A DNA stretch of 64,000 nucleotides from Octopus sinensis (lineage: Eukaryota). Within the stretch, counting starts at the first letter, position 1. Each line of letters begins with the position of its first letter. The notes below the pieces were generated by a model, which saw only the letters and a program-made list of their open reading frames with translations, ran no database searches and was not told the DNA's origin. Positions 12,355 to 24,994 of the stretch are shown here, piece by piece. Made by a program: the position numbers and the translations under genes. Location of the stretch: contig NC_043001.1 of NCBI RefSeq assembly GCF_006345805.1, positions 19,592,001-19,656,000 on the forward strand. Reading direction: 5' to 3'.

Positions 12355-13545
12355 CTTCAAATTCCGCCGAAGTCGACTTTACTTTTCATCCTTTCGGGAT
12401 CGATAAAATAAGTACCAGGTGAGGACTGGGGTTGATGTAATTGAATTACTCGCTCCCTCAAAATTGCTGGCCTTGTGTCAAGATTTAAAACCAATATGGT
12501 GGAAGTAAAGAATATGCATACCACCTGTTTTCGGCATAACTCTAACCCTTAAGGCCGAAAATAGGTGGTGTGCGTATTTTTTACCTTCGCCACCAATATC
12601 ATAATAATTGTTTAAATTCCGCCGAACTTGATATTGACTATCATCCTTAAGGGTTGATAAAATAAGTACCAGTTGAGCACCAGTTAACTCTCGCCCCTGA
12701 AATGGTTGGCCTTGTGCAAAAATTTGAAAGCAATATTATATATTTCTTTACTACCCAGAAGGGGCTAAACACAGAGGGAACAAACAAGGACAGACAAACG
12801 GATTAAGTCGATTATATCGACCCCAGTGCGTAACTGGTACTTAATTTATCGACCCCGAAAGGATGAAAGGCAAAATCGACCTCGGCGGAATTTGAACTCA
12901 TAACGTAACGGCAGACGAACCCGGCGTGCTAACATTTCTGCGAGCTCGCCGCCTTTGAAAGCAATATTATAATAATATTTTCTGTTACAGGCACCAGGCC
13001 AGAAATATAAGCGAGGGGACAGTCGATTATATCGACCTCAGCTCTCGACTGGTACTTTATTTTTATCTTGTAAGGATGAAGGGCAAAGTTGACCATGGCG
13101 GAATTTGAACTCAACGTAAAGAGCCGGAAGAAATGCTGTTCAATATTTTGTTCGACACACTAACGATTCTTCCATCTCACCGCCTTTACTGATGTTATAA
13201 TAATTCTTTCTCCAAGCACAAGCCTTGAAATTTTGGAGGTGTTAGGATCTGGAAAACAGGAAGGAGAGGAATGAATCGAGCGAGTTTGGTAGGAGATAAT
13301 TAGGCAATTCAGATAAGAGCCAATATAATAATAATTTCAAATTTTAGCACAAGGCCAACAATTTTAGGGGAAAGGATTACATCGCCTCCAATGCTCAACT
13401 GGTACTTATTTTATCGACCCCGAAAGAAGGAAAGGTAAAGTCGGCCTCGGCAGAATTTTTACTCAAAACGTAAAGACAAACGAAATGCCGCTAAGCATTT
13501 TGCCCAGCGTGCTACGATTCTGCCAGTTCAACGCCTTATGGACCA
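12355..13545. mobile_element. Cluster of at least 5 SINE-A copies and fragments
   Basis: The copy at 12741-12953 (-) has an 18-bp TSD TTTGAAAGCAATATTATA; the others are degenerate. Confidence 0.7.
12497..12595. repeat. About 100-bp hairpin
   Basis: About 40-bp arms with mostly transition mismatches and a loop of about 18 nt. Confidence 0.75.
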
Positions 13546-13570
13546 ATATGAAAATGGTAAAAGAAACAGC

Positions 13571-13875
13571 GTGGAGGCGCAATGGTCCAATGGTTAGGGC
13601 AGCAGACTTGCGGTCGGAGGATCGCGGTTTCGATTCCCAGACCGGGCGTTGTGTGTGTTTATTGAGCGAAAACACCTAAAAGCTCCATGAGGTTCCGGCA
13701 GGGGTTGGTGGTGACCCCTGTTGTACTCTTTCGTCACATCTTTCTCTCTCTCTCTCTTCCTGTTCCTTGGGTAACGCTGCGATGGGCTGGCGTCCCGTCC
13801 AGCTGAGGGGAGCACATACGCCACAGAAACCGGGAAACCGGGCCCATGAGCCTGGCTAGGCTTGAAAAGGGCAAC
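13571..13875 (+). mobile_element. SINE-C
   Basis: Inverted relative to 12030-12340, same subfamily tail. Confidence 0.8.
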
Positions 13876-14555
13876 GCTTATCGTTTATCGTAAAAGAAGC
13901 AGCATGTTTGTAAATCAGAAATGCTTGATACCGACAAGCATGTTTATGTGTGCAGCAAATCACTACTCTAACGCACTTGAGCTTTGTTGAAGATCCGTAA
14001 CTGATAAAGCTTTTAAAATTTTACTGGTACTAAAGAAGCCTAATGCTTCTATCGTGGCTTTGACAATGTTTTATATGCATGGCCATAACTAGTATTTCAA
14101 CCGTGGGATTCTCAATTTTTTAAATGGATCTGCCATAACAGTAGTGTAGATGATGGGGCGAACGAGGGTACAATTCACCCCGGACACTTTTAGGTTTACT
14201 GTATAAGTCTGTATAGACTTGGGGGCCCGGTGGGGGACGACTAAATCAAAAGCTGCCCCAGGCGTTACATGCTAGTTATGCTACTACACTATTAGCTATC
14301 TCATACGAGCTTGTACACACTTGTATGCGTATATTATACAGACGACCCTAGCTGGCTGGGGGCTCGTCTGAACCTGTCGATATCCACCTTTTAGCTACGT
14401 ATGTTATGCCACGTTACCTTAAAATACAAAGTCTTCAAAGTTACTAGAAATGCTTGGTATAAAATTTAATCCCTGTTGTTCATGCACACAGAGTATATAC
14501 AATACAAGCTGTATTATATGTACTCTTTGTGTTTTATTGACGTTCAAGAAGGCTA

Positions 14556-15546
14556 CGAGGGACGGCTGAAAATTTCATAGGCTGTCCAAGATACTCTCGT
14601 GGAATGAGATCTATTTTTCAACATAGTCCCCTTTGTGGTCCACATACTTCTATCGGTGTTTCAATGCTTGGATCCCTTTATTGAAGAAGCTTTCGTCCTC
14701 TTGGTCAAAAAAAAAAAAAAAAAGAAGCCATCAACAGCAAATATGATGCCATAGGGCGGCGAGCTGGCAGAATCGTTAGCACGCTGGGCGAAATGCTTAG
14801 GTGGTATTAGGGCGAAATGCTTAGGTTACGTTCTGAGTTCAAATGCCACCGAGGTCGACTTTGCCTTTCATCCTTTCGGGGTCGATTAAATAAGTACCAG
14901 TTACGGACTGAAGTCGATGTAATCGACTTACCCTATGTTTAGCTCCCTGTGGGCAATAAAGAAATAAATATGATGCCATCATCACTGCGACACTACTTCC
15001 CAGCCATGCGCTTTTTCATGTTGGGGAACAGATGAGAGTTAGATGGGGCTAAATCCGAAGGCTGGTCAACCAGTTTAAAGCCACAGTCATGCACAGCAGC
15101 CATTGAAACGAGGACTTGTTGGACCATTGCCCTGATGAAACAAGACCCCTTTCGTCAGTTTGCTTGGGTATATAGTCATGGTAGCCTTCCGTAACTGTTT
15201 CAACAGGTTGGCATAGGCCACTCCATTGACGGCGTGGCCTTCTTGAAGATAATCAATAAACACAATGCATTTTGCATCCCAAAAAACTGAGGCAACCACC
15301 TACCCTGCGGAAGAAACGACCATGGCCTTCTTTGGAGCGTCATGCCAAGTTCATTGGGTAGAATATTCTCCACTCTCTCACAGGATATGCTTATAGCATT
15401 GGCTATTTAATTTATAATCAATCGCCTATCATCTGTCACCATGTGGTGTACACAATGTTTTCTTTGGTGATGGCAGTTACAGGACGTCCAGACGTTGGTT
15501 CATTTTCAAAACTCTTCCTTCCCCTCCTAAATTCAGCTGCCCACAC
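14556..15546 (-). mobile_element. Mariner transposon relic (5' truncated) with SINE-A insertion
   Basis: TA-CGAGGG terminus; C-terminus FFNKGIQALKHR*..GDYVEK*; catalytic region SVFWDAKCIVFIDYL..GVLFHQGN; HTH AAEFRRGRKSFENEPTSGRP. Confidence 0.85.
14753..14965 (+). mobile_element. SINE-A inside the mariner relic
   Basis: 14-bp TSD AAATATGATGCCAT. Confidence 0.85.
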
Positions 15547-16704
15547 TCAGGGGGGAGCCCTTGTAGCGGCACAAGCAGCCAGCGCCATATTGGATGAGAT
15601 CTCGCGGCAGCCATTGCCATCTCCAAGACTGGAGCGAGACCTCACCTGCATCCATTTGCCATGCGCAAGATCACAGCGAAACTCACGATGGAAACTATAT
15701 AAAGGGAAAACCCGATTCAACTCTCTTTTTGGCATCACTACACCAGCAGCGCTTGCTGAACACACCACTGGCTGGAGGCAATTTGCACCCGCACTATCGG
15801 AGCTTAAAATGGTTGCTGAGAACAGGATACTTCACCTTTCCTGTAAATAGCGTTTATACTTGAAGTCTCTTCTCTTCGCCTGCCGAAAGCCTGAACTACA
15901 TAAAGAACAAGAAAAACTGATGGAAGGAGACGATATTCCTCCGATATTGTAAACCTTGCCTTCCATTATTAAAATATATATATGACAAGGTAGAAAATGC
16001 TAAAATAATTTTATCATGAACATTTTAGTACCGGTTTCAGCCTTTGCAACTTTTTCAATTTGGAATAAAGCATAAAAAACAGTTGAATTGTGGAAAAATT
16101 AAATGAAATATTTTTTTTAATATTTCCATAGTTTTCAAATACAAGGGACATTTTCCTTTCTCTCTCTCACCCTCTCTCTCTCTTTCTTTCTTTCTTTCTC
16201 TCTCTCTCTTTTACTCTTGTGAAAGCTTGGTAGTAGGTAGTAGCAGTTCTAAAAGATGTGTGTGTGTCTGTGTCTGTGTGTGTAACGACATAATTGGGAT
16301 GAGACGTCGAAAGTATTGATGCAGCGGAGAAATGAATTAAGAACAATTAATTATGAAGATGGCCATTTATCTAGTTGATTATAATGTCGTTACAAATATA
16401 AAATAAACAACGTCATCGCGTCGTTTGTTTGTATATGGAACACATTACCAGTTTTTAGCAGTAAAATACTATCTGGTTCCAATGATTCTTTGCATGTGGG
16501 ATCTAGCTTCATTGTCCGCTGCTAGAGAAGGAGAAAGGGTGAGATTTATATTGTCACAAGAGAGTATCTTTTCTGTTTGGTTGCTACTTGTCTGTTTCTT
16601 CAATTTTCTACTTGATTTCATATTTGGTGAGTTGTAGTTTTTTTGTACGGTAATCATTGACATGAAATTCGTTTTCGCCATAAATCAATAAATAAAGAGT
16701 TAAT

Positions 16705-17117
16705 AGGCGTAGGAGTGGCTGTTTGTGGTAAGTAGCTTACTTACGAACCACATAGTTCCGGGTTCAGTCCCACTACGTGGCACCTTGGGCAAGTTTTTTC
16801 TACTATAGCCTCGAGCCGACCAAAGCCTTGTGAGTGGATTTGGTAGACGGAAACTGAAAGAAGCCCGTCGTATATATGTATATATGTATGTGTGTTTGTG
16901 TATATGTTTGTGTGTGTGTGTGTTTGTTTGTCTCCCCAACATCGCTTGTCAACCGATGGTGGTGTGTTTATGTCCCCGTCACCTAGCAGTTCAGCAAAAG
17001 AGACCGATAGAATAAGTACAAGGCTTTCAAAGAATGAGTCCTGGGGTCGATTTGCTCGACTAAAGGCGGTGCTCCAGCATGGTCACATTCAGATGCCTGA
17101 AGCAAGTAAAAGAGTAA
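16705..17117 (+). mobile_element. SINE-B (head AGGCGCAGGAGTGGCTGTGTGG, internal (TA)/(TG) microsatellite)
   Basis: Full length; tail GTAAAAGAGTAAAA. Confidence 0.8.
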
Positions 17118-18444
17118 AAAAAGCTTTTAAAGTTTGCAAATTGGGGATAATTTTAGCCAATCGAAAGTCACAGACATATCGGTGTCTATTTCCATAGTAA
17201 CAAGCCAAGCTGTTATCAAGCTGCTGACGCACGTGGTCATGTTTCGCTTACTGAATGCTTAAAACACCTGCGGTATGAGGTGGTCATGAGATATGCTAAA
17301 AATAATAACTAAATAGGCCTTAACTCACGCACCTTTTTTGCTTCTTGCATAATTGTATGGATTCCTAAGTATAGAATACAAATTCGCAAAAATTTTCTGA
17401 GAATTCCCAAAAAATAAAAAGTTAGGAGGGTTATATGGCGTGCGGAAAGCATAATTCCGCCAACATTTCGTTTGTTTATAATTGGATACTTTGGGGTTAT
17501 CTCACCCCCATTAAAATATTGGGTTATCTCCCCCACGTTTTATGAGAAACAGCGGTACTTTTGGTTATCTCCATCTACTAAAAAAATTGTTTAACCCTTA
17601 ATAGAACATAATATAAAAAGTGAATCGATGAAACCTCGTATTGAATCTGATAATATTTTTATAACAAAGCATACATAACTGAAAAGATTAATAAACATGG
17701 AAACTGAAAAAATTAACAAACACGAAAACTGAAATAATTAAACATCTTAATGAATCTGAAAACATTTTTATAACAAATCATACAATGCTTATTGGGGAGG
17801 CCAAACGTCAACAATGTGTTGAAGTATTGAATCAAAAGGATCTAACCCTTTTAATCCAATCTCTTGTCGCCACATAAACTCAATTTTTTAGTGGGGAGAT
17901 AACCCAGTTTTTTAATGGCAAATTTTTAATTGGGGTGAGTTAAACAAAAAGTACCTACAATTAACACGTGCAATCACGCACAAGATGACAGCTTCCAAAT
18001 CCTGTTTCCAAACTGGGTAAAATTTATCAAACTTTTTTTCATTTTAATTTTCTGGAAAAAGTAAACTTGTCCCTGAGATTCAGCGTGGAAAATTACATCA
18101 GCCAACCAAATTTTTTCAATTTTCAGTAAACTTTGAAATGTCCACTGGTGTAGCTGAACAGAAAAGATCCGCAGTGTGTTGTCCGTCTCTTCTCCATTCG
18201 GTACCAGAAAGCTTATTGATCAAAGTTATTGACCCAAAAGACTGACCAAGCCCTCGCTGGATATTTATAAAGTTTGGCAACTAAAGTAGGTCAACCTAAA
18301 ACAACGGATTGACTTTTCCATGACCTGAGAAGGTCCCAGGGGTCAACTCATCCTCATTAATCACCAAGTGCAAAGAGGAGAAAACAAAGGCCGGAAATTC
18401 ATCTAACAATGAATTAAAATGTGAATTTGGTTTCGAACTAATAT

Positions 18445-20460
18445 ACAGACAAAAATCAGTGTCTATAAAGCGTGTGTATTGAGTACACTTCTTTACTCAA
18501 ATGAGACGTGGACCACTTACAAACGTCATATAAAAATGCTGGAGAGATTTCGTCAAAGGTGCCTCAGATGTATTTTAGGAGTCAAGCGGGAATGTTTCGT
18601 ACCAGATACAGAAGTTTTGTGCATGATACGTTGTAGCTCAATTGAACAACATGTTATCTTGGCTCAAATAATATGGACTGGACACGCTATTAGAATGAAA
18701 GACGACCGATTGCCAAAGCGTTTTTTTTTTTTTTACGGTGAGCTCAACTCTGGTAAGCGATCACAACATAAGCCGTGGAGAAGTACAAAGACTGTGTGAA
18801 GGAAACCCTGAAGAAACTAGATATGAACAAAGGTAATTGGGAAAATGATGTTATAGATCGGAACAAGTGGAGAGATGCTGTTAGGACTGCTTGCAATGCC
18901 TAGGAGGAAAAGATGATTCGGCACTTTGAGCTTAAAAGGGTCTGTCTCAAAGGAACGATTGGAATTGTAACCAACAGTGAACATTGGATATGTATCATAT
19001 GTGATTGTGTTCTGTTGTCAAAATATTCTTCTTGACCACCTGAATGGGCGACTCGTAAATGGTGTCCTATGTGAATCTCAATGTGGCTTCCAATCTGGTA
19101 GAGGAACAATGGATATGATTTTCACAGCAAGACAGATACAGAAGTGCTATGAACAGAATATGGAACTTGTCCAAGGTATTCATTGATTTAACCAACATAT
19201 TTGATACTGTGAATAGGGCCTTGCTATGGAAAGTACTTGGCAAACTTGGATGTCCGGATCACTTTGTATCTATAACTAAATCATTTCATGATGAGACGGA
19301 GGCTTGTGTCAATGTTGGTAGTGGCTCGGCGGGACCCATTCCTATAGAGAATAGTGTCAAGCAGGGTGACATTCTTGCCCCAACTCTCTTTCCATTTTAC
19401 TTTGCTGCTGCTTTTACTCATGCTTTTGCTAAGGTTAGCTCTCTGGGAATATATGTCAGGTATCGATCTTCTGGCCGCTTCTTTTATTTGCGCTGATTTG
19501 CTGCCAATTCAAAAGTTTTCCAGTCTCTTATTCGTGACCTCATTTATGCAGATGACTGTGGCTTAGTCACTCATACAGTGGATGACACGCAACTACTTAT
19601 AAATCGTATTTCTGCTTCTTGCAAAGCTTGTGGACTCAGCATTAACCTGTGCAAGACTGTCGTAATATTCCAGCCTGCACCAGGATATCCATATGTGGAA
19701 CCAGCTGAAGGAACAATACTAAAAGTGGTAGACAAGTTTGTCTACCTAGGCAGCACACTCAGCCGTTCTTGCTCCCTGGATGATGAAATATCTTTCAGGT
19801 TGCAGAGAGCAACTGATTCCTTCCAATCTCTTCAGTCTTGTGTCTGGTCCCAGCATGGCATCACAAGGCAAACAAAAATATACCGTGCATGTGTACTGAC
19901 ATCGCTCCGTCACTCATGTGAGACATGGACCTTTTACAACTGTCATGTAACGCTTTCATCAGTGATGTCTGAGACACGTTTTGAATGTTGGCTGAACCTT
20001 AAAAAGACCAGACACACAGATCCTGAGGAAAGCTGATATCTTCAGTATTACAGCGATAGTGCACAAGCTCCGGTTACGATTGACTGGACACTTTATTAGA
20101 TTAAAGGATAGCAGGATCCCTAAACAGATGCTATATAGAGAGAGCTTGTTAGTGGAAAGAGACTCCTGCAAAAACCAAGGCTGCGATTTAAGGGCTGTGT
20201 CAAGTCCTCATTAAAGGCCTGTGATATGCAGGAGACGGACTGGGAGAGCAATGCCTGTCATCGCCACAGATGGAGGAAACAGGTTACAAAGGTGGTCGAC
20301 ACTTTTGCGAGAGTACGTATTCTGCATAAAGACTTTAAGCGTGCTGCATGAAAGCGTACCGCTTGTGTAGTGAATGGGGAAAGCTTGGTTTGCAATGTTT
20401 GCAGTCGTGTATGCTTGTCAAGAGCAGGGCTCATTAACCACCAACGGAGCCGCAAATACA
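18445..20460 (+). mobile_element. RTE-clade LINE fragments (C-terminal piece 18445-19015 joined to an RT-to-end piece 19030-20460)
   Basis: QCGFQSGRG, FIDLTNIFDTVNR, VKQGDILAPTLF, LYADDC, FVYLGS, LLYSNETW, WTGHAIRM and a terminal C2H2-like CNVCSRVC..H; many stops and frameshifts. Confidence 0.9.
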
Positions 20461-21392
20461 AAATATAAGTTAGTCTCTATGTAGTCATTGAATGAGCTCG
20501 AAATAGAAGCCAAATATCCCTCAACTCACACTCTACAGTCTTCATTATAACATGCACTGTAGATGAATAAGCAGCTGCCTTGTACAGCGAATTCTCTGTT
20601 TATGTCCACAAAGAAGTCTCTGTGTATTCGTTCTACATACTAAAAATAGAAGACAAATTTCCCTCGGTTCTCTCTTTACTGTCTTCATCCAGCGAAGGAC
20701 ATATTGGATAACGTAGTCCATTGCCTGAAAAAGATGGGATGGTCATGAGTGGAATGCTGTTGATTACATTTCAGCTCCATCAAGGTCGATGTGGGGTTAA
20801 ACCACAACACGAGTTTATCTCTCGTTTCGTAATATACAGTAAATATTTACATTAAGCACTCAATTGAAGATGTATATTTATTTTATCCTTTTGCTAATTT
20901 CAGTCATTAGATTAGGACTATATTAGGACATTGATTTCAGCCTTTCAGTCAATTGAAATGAACCAAGAAGTTAATCATGTACTCATTGTCTAGATTTCAA
21001 TTAACTAAGTACACAGAGTTACCTCCCGTCTAAAAGAGTTGCCTCCCATGACAAACTTCCTCCCTACCGAAAATTTATAACCACATTTAAGAACAAAGGA
21101 TCTTTATCTAGCAACCTATTTTTTATAGGAGGCGGGAAAAAAAGGTCTAAGCATAAAAGGTTATATTTTAGAGAAAAAAAAAAGAATTACTTCAACAAGG
21201 AAGCAAAGTAAAAGAAAAGGTGAGAAGGTTGAGCAACAAAAGATAGAGAGGGTTAACAGGTTGTACATCCCAACCCAACCCAAATGGTGTATGCAGCCGC
21301 TAATCTCGGACATAATTGCAAAGGCGTTGCCGCGAAGAATGACCAACTCGCGAGGTTCATTTCTCAGACAAGCCGCTGTTATCCCGGGTTCG

Positions 21393-21478
21393 TGTGCGTT
21401 GACGTCAGGGTGGGTGAAGGCCGACGAAAAAGTCCGGACTTTTTCGTCGGCCTTCACCCACCCTGACGTCAACGCACA
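21393..21478. repeat. Perfect 86-bp palindrome with no spacer
   Basis: 43-bp arm TGTGCGTTGACGTCAGGGTGGGTGAAGGCCGACGAAAAAGTCC followed directly by its exact reverse complement. Confidence 0.95.
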
Positions 21479-21864
21479 TTGAGAGACAGTTTTGTGCCTT
21501 ACCATGGGTTCCTAGGGAGCGTTTTGATCGAATAGCTTGCTGCGCATTTGTTTGGAGATTTAAATTCCTGGTTTTTCCTGAAGAGAAAGCTGCAAAACGG
21601 TCTCCTTATTCAATCCGAATTTGGAAATTTGCAGCCTTTGAAACATGTGTAGAAAATAATATAAAGGAATTTTGTAGAATCTTCGTTCAGCTCCATTTCT
21701 TCCCTTCACTAAATATATAAAACTTCAATTATCCGCGCTAAGGCACGGTTGCGACACCCCATGGTCGTAACCTCAACCGTGTTTTTTCTGTTGTGATTTT
21801 TGCTACCCAGGTATCGGTTAAATTTTGAATAATCCGTAACAAGATAATTCATTTATCCATTTCA

Positions 21865-22017
<153 letters not shown>

Positions 22018-22300
22018 TGGCCTAGTGGTTAGGGCAGCGGACTCGCGGTTGCAGGATCGCGGTTTCGATTCCCAGACCGGGCGTTGTGAGTGTTTATTGA
22101 GCGAAAACACCTAAAGGTCCACGAGGTTCCGGCAGAGAGTGGTGTACTCTTTCACCACAACTTTCTCCCACTCTTTCTTCTGTTGGCCTGCTCGCTTAGC
22201 CAGCGGGGTGGCGTCATTCAAAGGCTAAAACAATGCGAACGCATTGTGACCAGCGATGTGTAACAACATCTGATGGTCTGGTCGGTCACGTGGTCACGTG
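22018..22300 (+). mobile_element. SINE-C, third tail variant
   Basis: Same head, different 3' part ending (GGTCACGT)n. Confidence 0.75.
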
Positions 22301-22458
22301 ATATATATATATATATATATATAAACATATATATATATATATGATAAATCTCAAGATGTATTCAGAAAATCTTCCTAGAAAAATATGACAAACCACTTCA
22401 TCAAAATCTCAAGGGCTGGGACTTTGATACGTGCCATATAATTTTGTAACTTCTACAT

Positions 22459-22532
<74 letters not shown>

Positions 22533-23918
22533 CTATATATATATATATACATATATATATATACATATATATATATACAATATATATATATATAAACATA
22601 TATATATATATGATAAATCTCAAGATGTATTCAGAAAATCTTCCTAACAACTAAACAACTTTAGAAAAATATGACAAACCACTTCATCAAAATCTCAAGG
22701 GCTGGGACTTTGATACGTGCCATATATTTTTGTAACCTCTACTGATTAAAAATGAAAAATACACACACTCGTGTATTTAGAGCAGTTTATCTTGTTTGTT
22801 CAACCAAACTTGTGTGTTTCAGAGCTTTGGGTGTGTTTGCGTTTATGGATGTTTTTTCATATGTATTCAATTTATAATTTGTTTTTTAATGATTCAACGT
22901 ACGTCCTTGTCGTTTAGCTTCTTGACTGTAACTGGAGAAATGTTAAAGCAAATAGAGCCGTGTCCTGGAAATAAACAGAGCTTATTGCTTTGTCAAAACG
23001 TAAACTGAGAAATTCGAGAAATACTTTGTATTGACATATATAAGTGACCTCTAAAATTGCAACAACAATTTTAAATTGCCCTGGTTTGATATAGCATAGC
23101 TTCGCTAATACTCATATATCAGCTCCCCGCACATCGATGACCTTTACAAATGCAAGTTAAACAATTATTGGTACACTTTTCAAATATTCTGAGATAGTGA
23201 AAGAGAGGGTGCAAGGAACAAATATCTTATTGAAGCATACAAATAATAAATCCAAAGATTTCGTTTACGTATTTAATTTGCAAGATTCGTGATGTAAACT
23301 TTTCTGTTATATTTTGTTATATTTCAGGAGGGTCATTTTGTCAATAATAGACACACGCACTCGTTGTTTTTCACCTCGTTCGTGTTAATTTAACCATTTA
23401 ATTCATCTAATTTTTCGTCCACTCAATCCGCTGAGTTCATCAAAGTCCTTTAATCGCCATTAGTGATCTCTTCAATGATATGACCTTTCTACTCAAGGTT
23501 TGCAAAGCATGCCATTGACGAGGTCGCGATTGGCAACAAAAGGACTTTAATGAACCCAGCTGATTGACTGACTGAACGATTAATCAAATAATAGATAAGT
23601 TAATTGTGTAAATGCTTAACCAATTGATAACTAAAGATATGAAATAGAACCAGTGCGTATGTTTAATATTATGGCATAATGATGCTCTCGAGATACAACA
23701 ACATTCCAAAGATAAAAAGAGGAAAACAGAAACTTTCTCGGCCAAAACTTCAAAATAGTTTATAGATCATAATATAAGTTGAACACGATTACAAATACTA
23801 AACGCTATGGAGAGATCGGTCTACCCATTGTAATTAGCAATCAAAATCTCCCTCAAATCACATCTTGACTTCTTAAGGAAGAAATGAAACATTACATAGT
23901 GAAGACCGAGATATATTA

Positions 23919-24283
23919 TCTCTCTACATATATAAATGGCAAAATGTTTGCCTGTGTGTGTGTGTATCCTTTATACAAATCCAGTTAGAAGGCTTGCACT
24001 TTCTATGGTCATTCAAAACCATCCAAGGGTGGTTGTGCACATCTTTTACATTTCCCCAGTCACCCCGCAAAGCCATTAAAAAATCAATAGAAGTGACTTT
24101 TTTGTGAATTTTCTATCCCAAATCCAATCAAAATGCCCGAAAGTTGATACACCAATTGAATGCCAGCTAGCTGTATGTGATTGGTCGGAGATTTGGACAG
24201 TACTCGCGTGTATGTGCGCACGCACGCAGCTGTATATGCATGCACTAGCACTATGACCCGGCATCGCCGGGTCATAGTGCTAG
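23919..24283 (+). mobile_element. Non-autonomous Helitron (second family)
   Basis: 5' TC(TCTCTACATATATAAATGG), 3' perfect hairpin ACTAGCACTATGACCCGGC-ATC-GCCGGGTCATAGTGCTAGT containing the terminal CTAG, A|T insertion site. Confidence 0.7.
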
Positions 24284-24470
24284 TATATGATAAATCTCAA
24301 GATGTATTCAGGAAAGGACTGGTCGTGGCTGGAAAGTCTTTGGTCATAAGTGTGCTCGATCGTGATAAGTTGGGACTTGCGATATCAAAAGTTGGGCTTA
24401 GTTGTTAAAGTGAATATTGTTACTGATAACGCTCAAATTAAGTCACCGTGGATGTAATCTCGATTGAACA

Positions 24471-24910
24471 AATTCGCCTTCACTGAATCTCACAGTTTCA
24501 GTAGATATATATTAAATATATCACCTGGACCAGCCAGACTGCTTGGTGCCGATTCGCCTTCACTGAATCTCACAGTTTCAGTAGATATATATTAAATATA
24601 TCACCTGGACCAGCCAGACTGCTTGGTGCCGATTCGCCTTCACTGAATCTCACAGTTTCAGTAGATATATATTAAATATATCACCTGGACCAGCCAGACT
24701 GCTTGGTGCCGAGTCGGCTCCAATGGTCACAGCATTTGCTCCATTCCCCTCGGGCTCCCGTCATTTTCCTACGAGTTATTCCGAACATCTTTCTTGAATC
24801 ATTTTCCCACCAGATTGGAGGTCTTCCGAGTCTCTTCCGTTCGTGCGGGTACCACTCGACAACTTCATGGGTCAACTGATTGTCTGTGAACCTTGCGACA
24901 TGACTGGCCC
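24471..24910 (-). mobile_element. RTE-like LINE 3' end with a triplicated 80-bp terminal unit
   Basis: WASHVARFTDN..EWYP..R.LGRPPIWW motif; 80-bp unit repeated at 24471-24710. Confidence 0.75.
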
Positions 24911-24994
24911 ATACATACATACATGCATGCATGCATGCATACATACATACATACATACATACATACATACATACATACATACATACATACATAC

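Noticed and set aside
24471-24710. Direct-repeat array as a CRISPR
   Set aside because: Contiguous 80-bp units with no spacers, eukaryotic context, and derived from a LINE 3' end.
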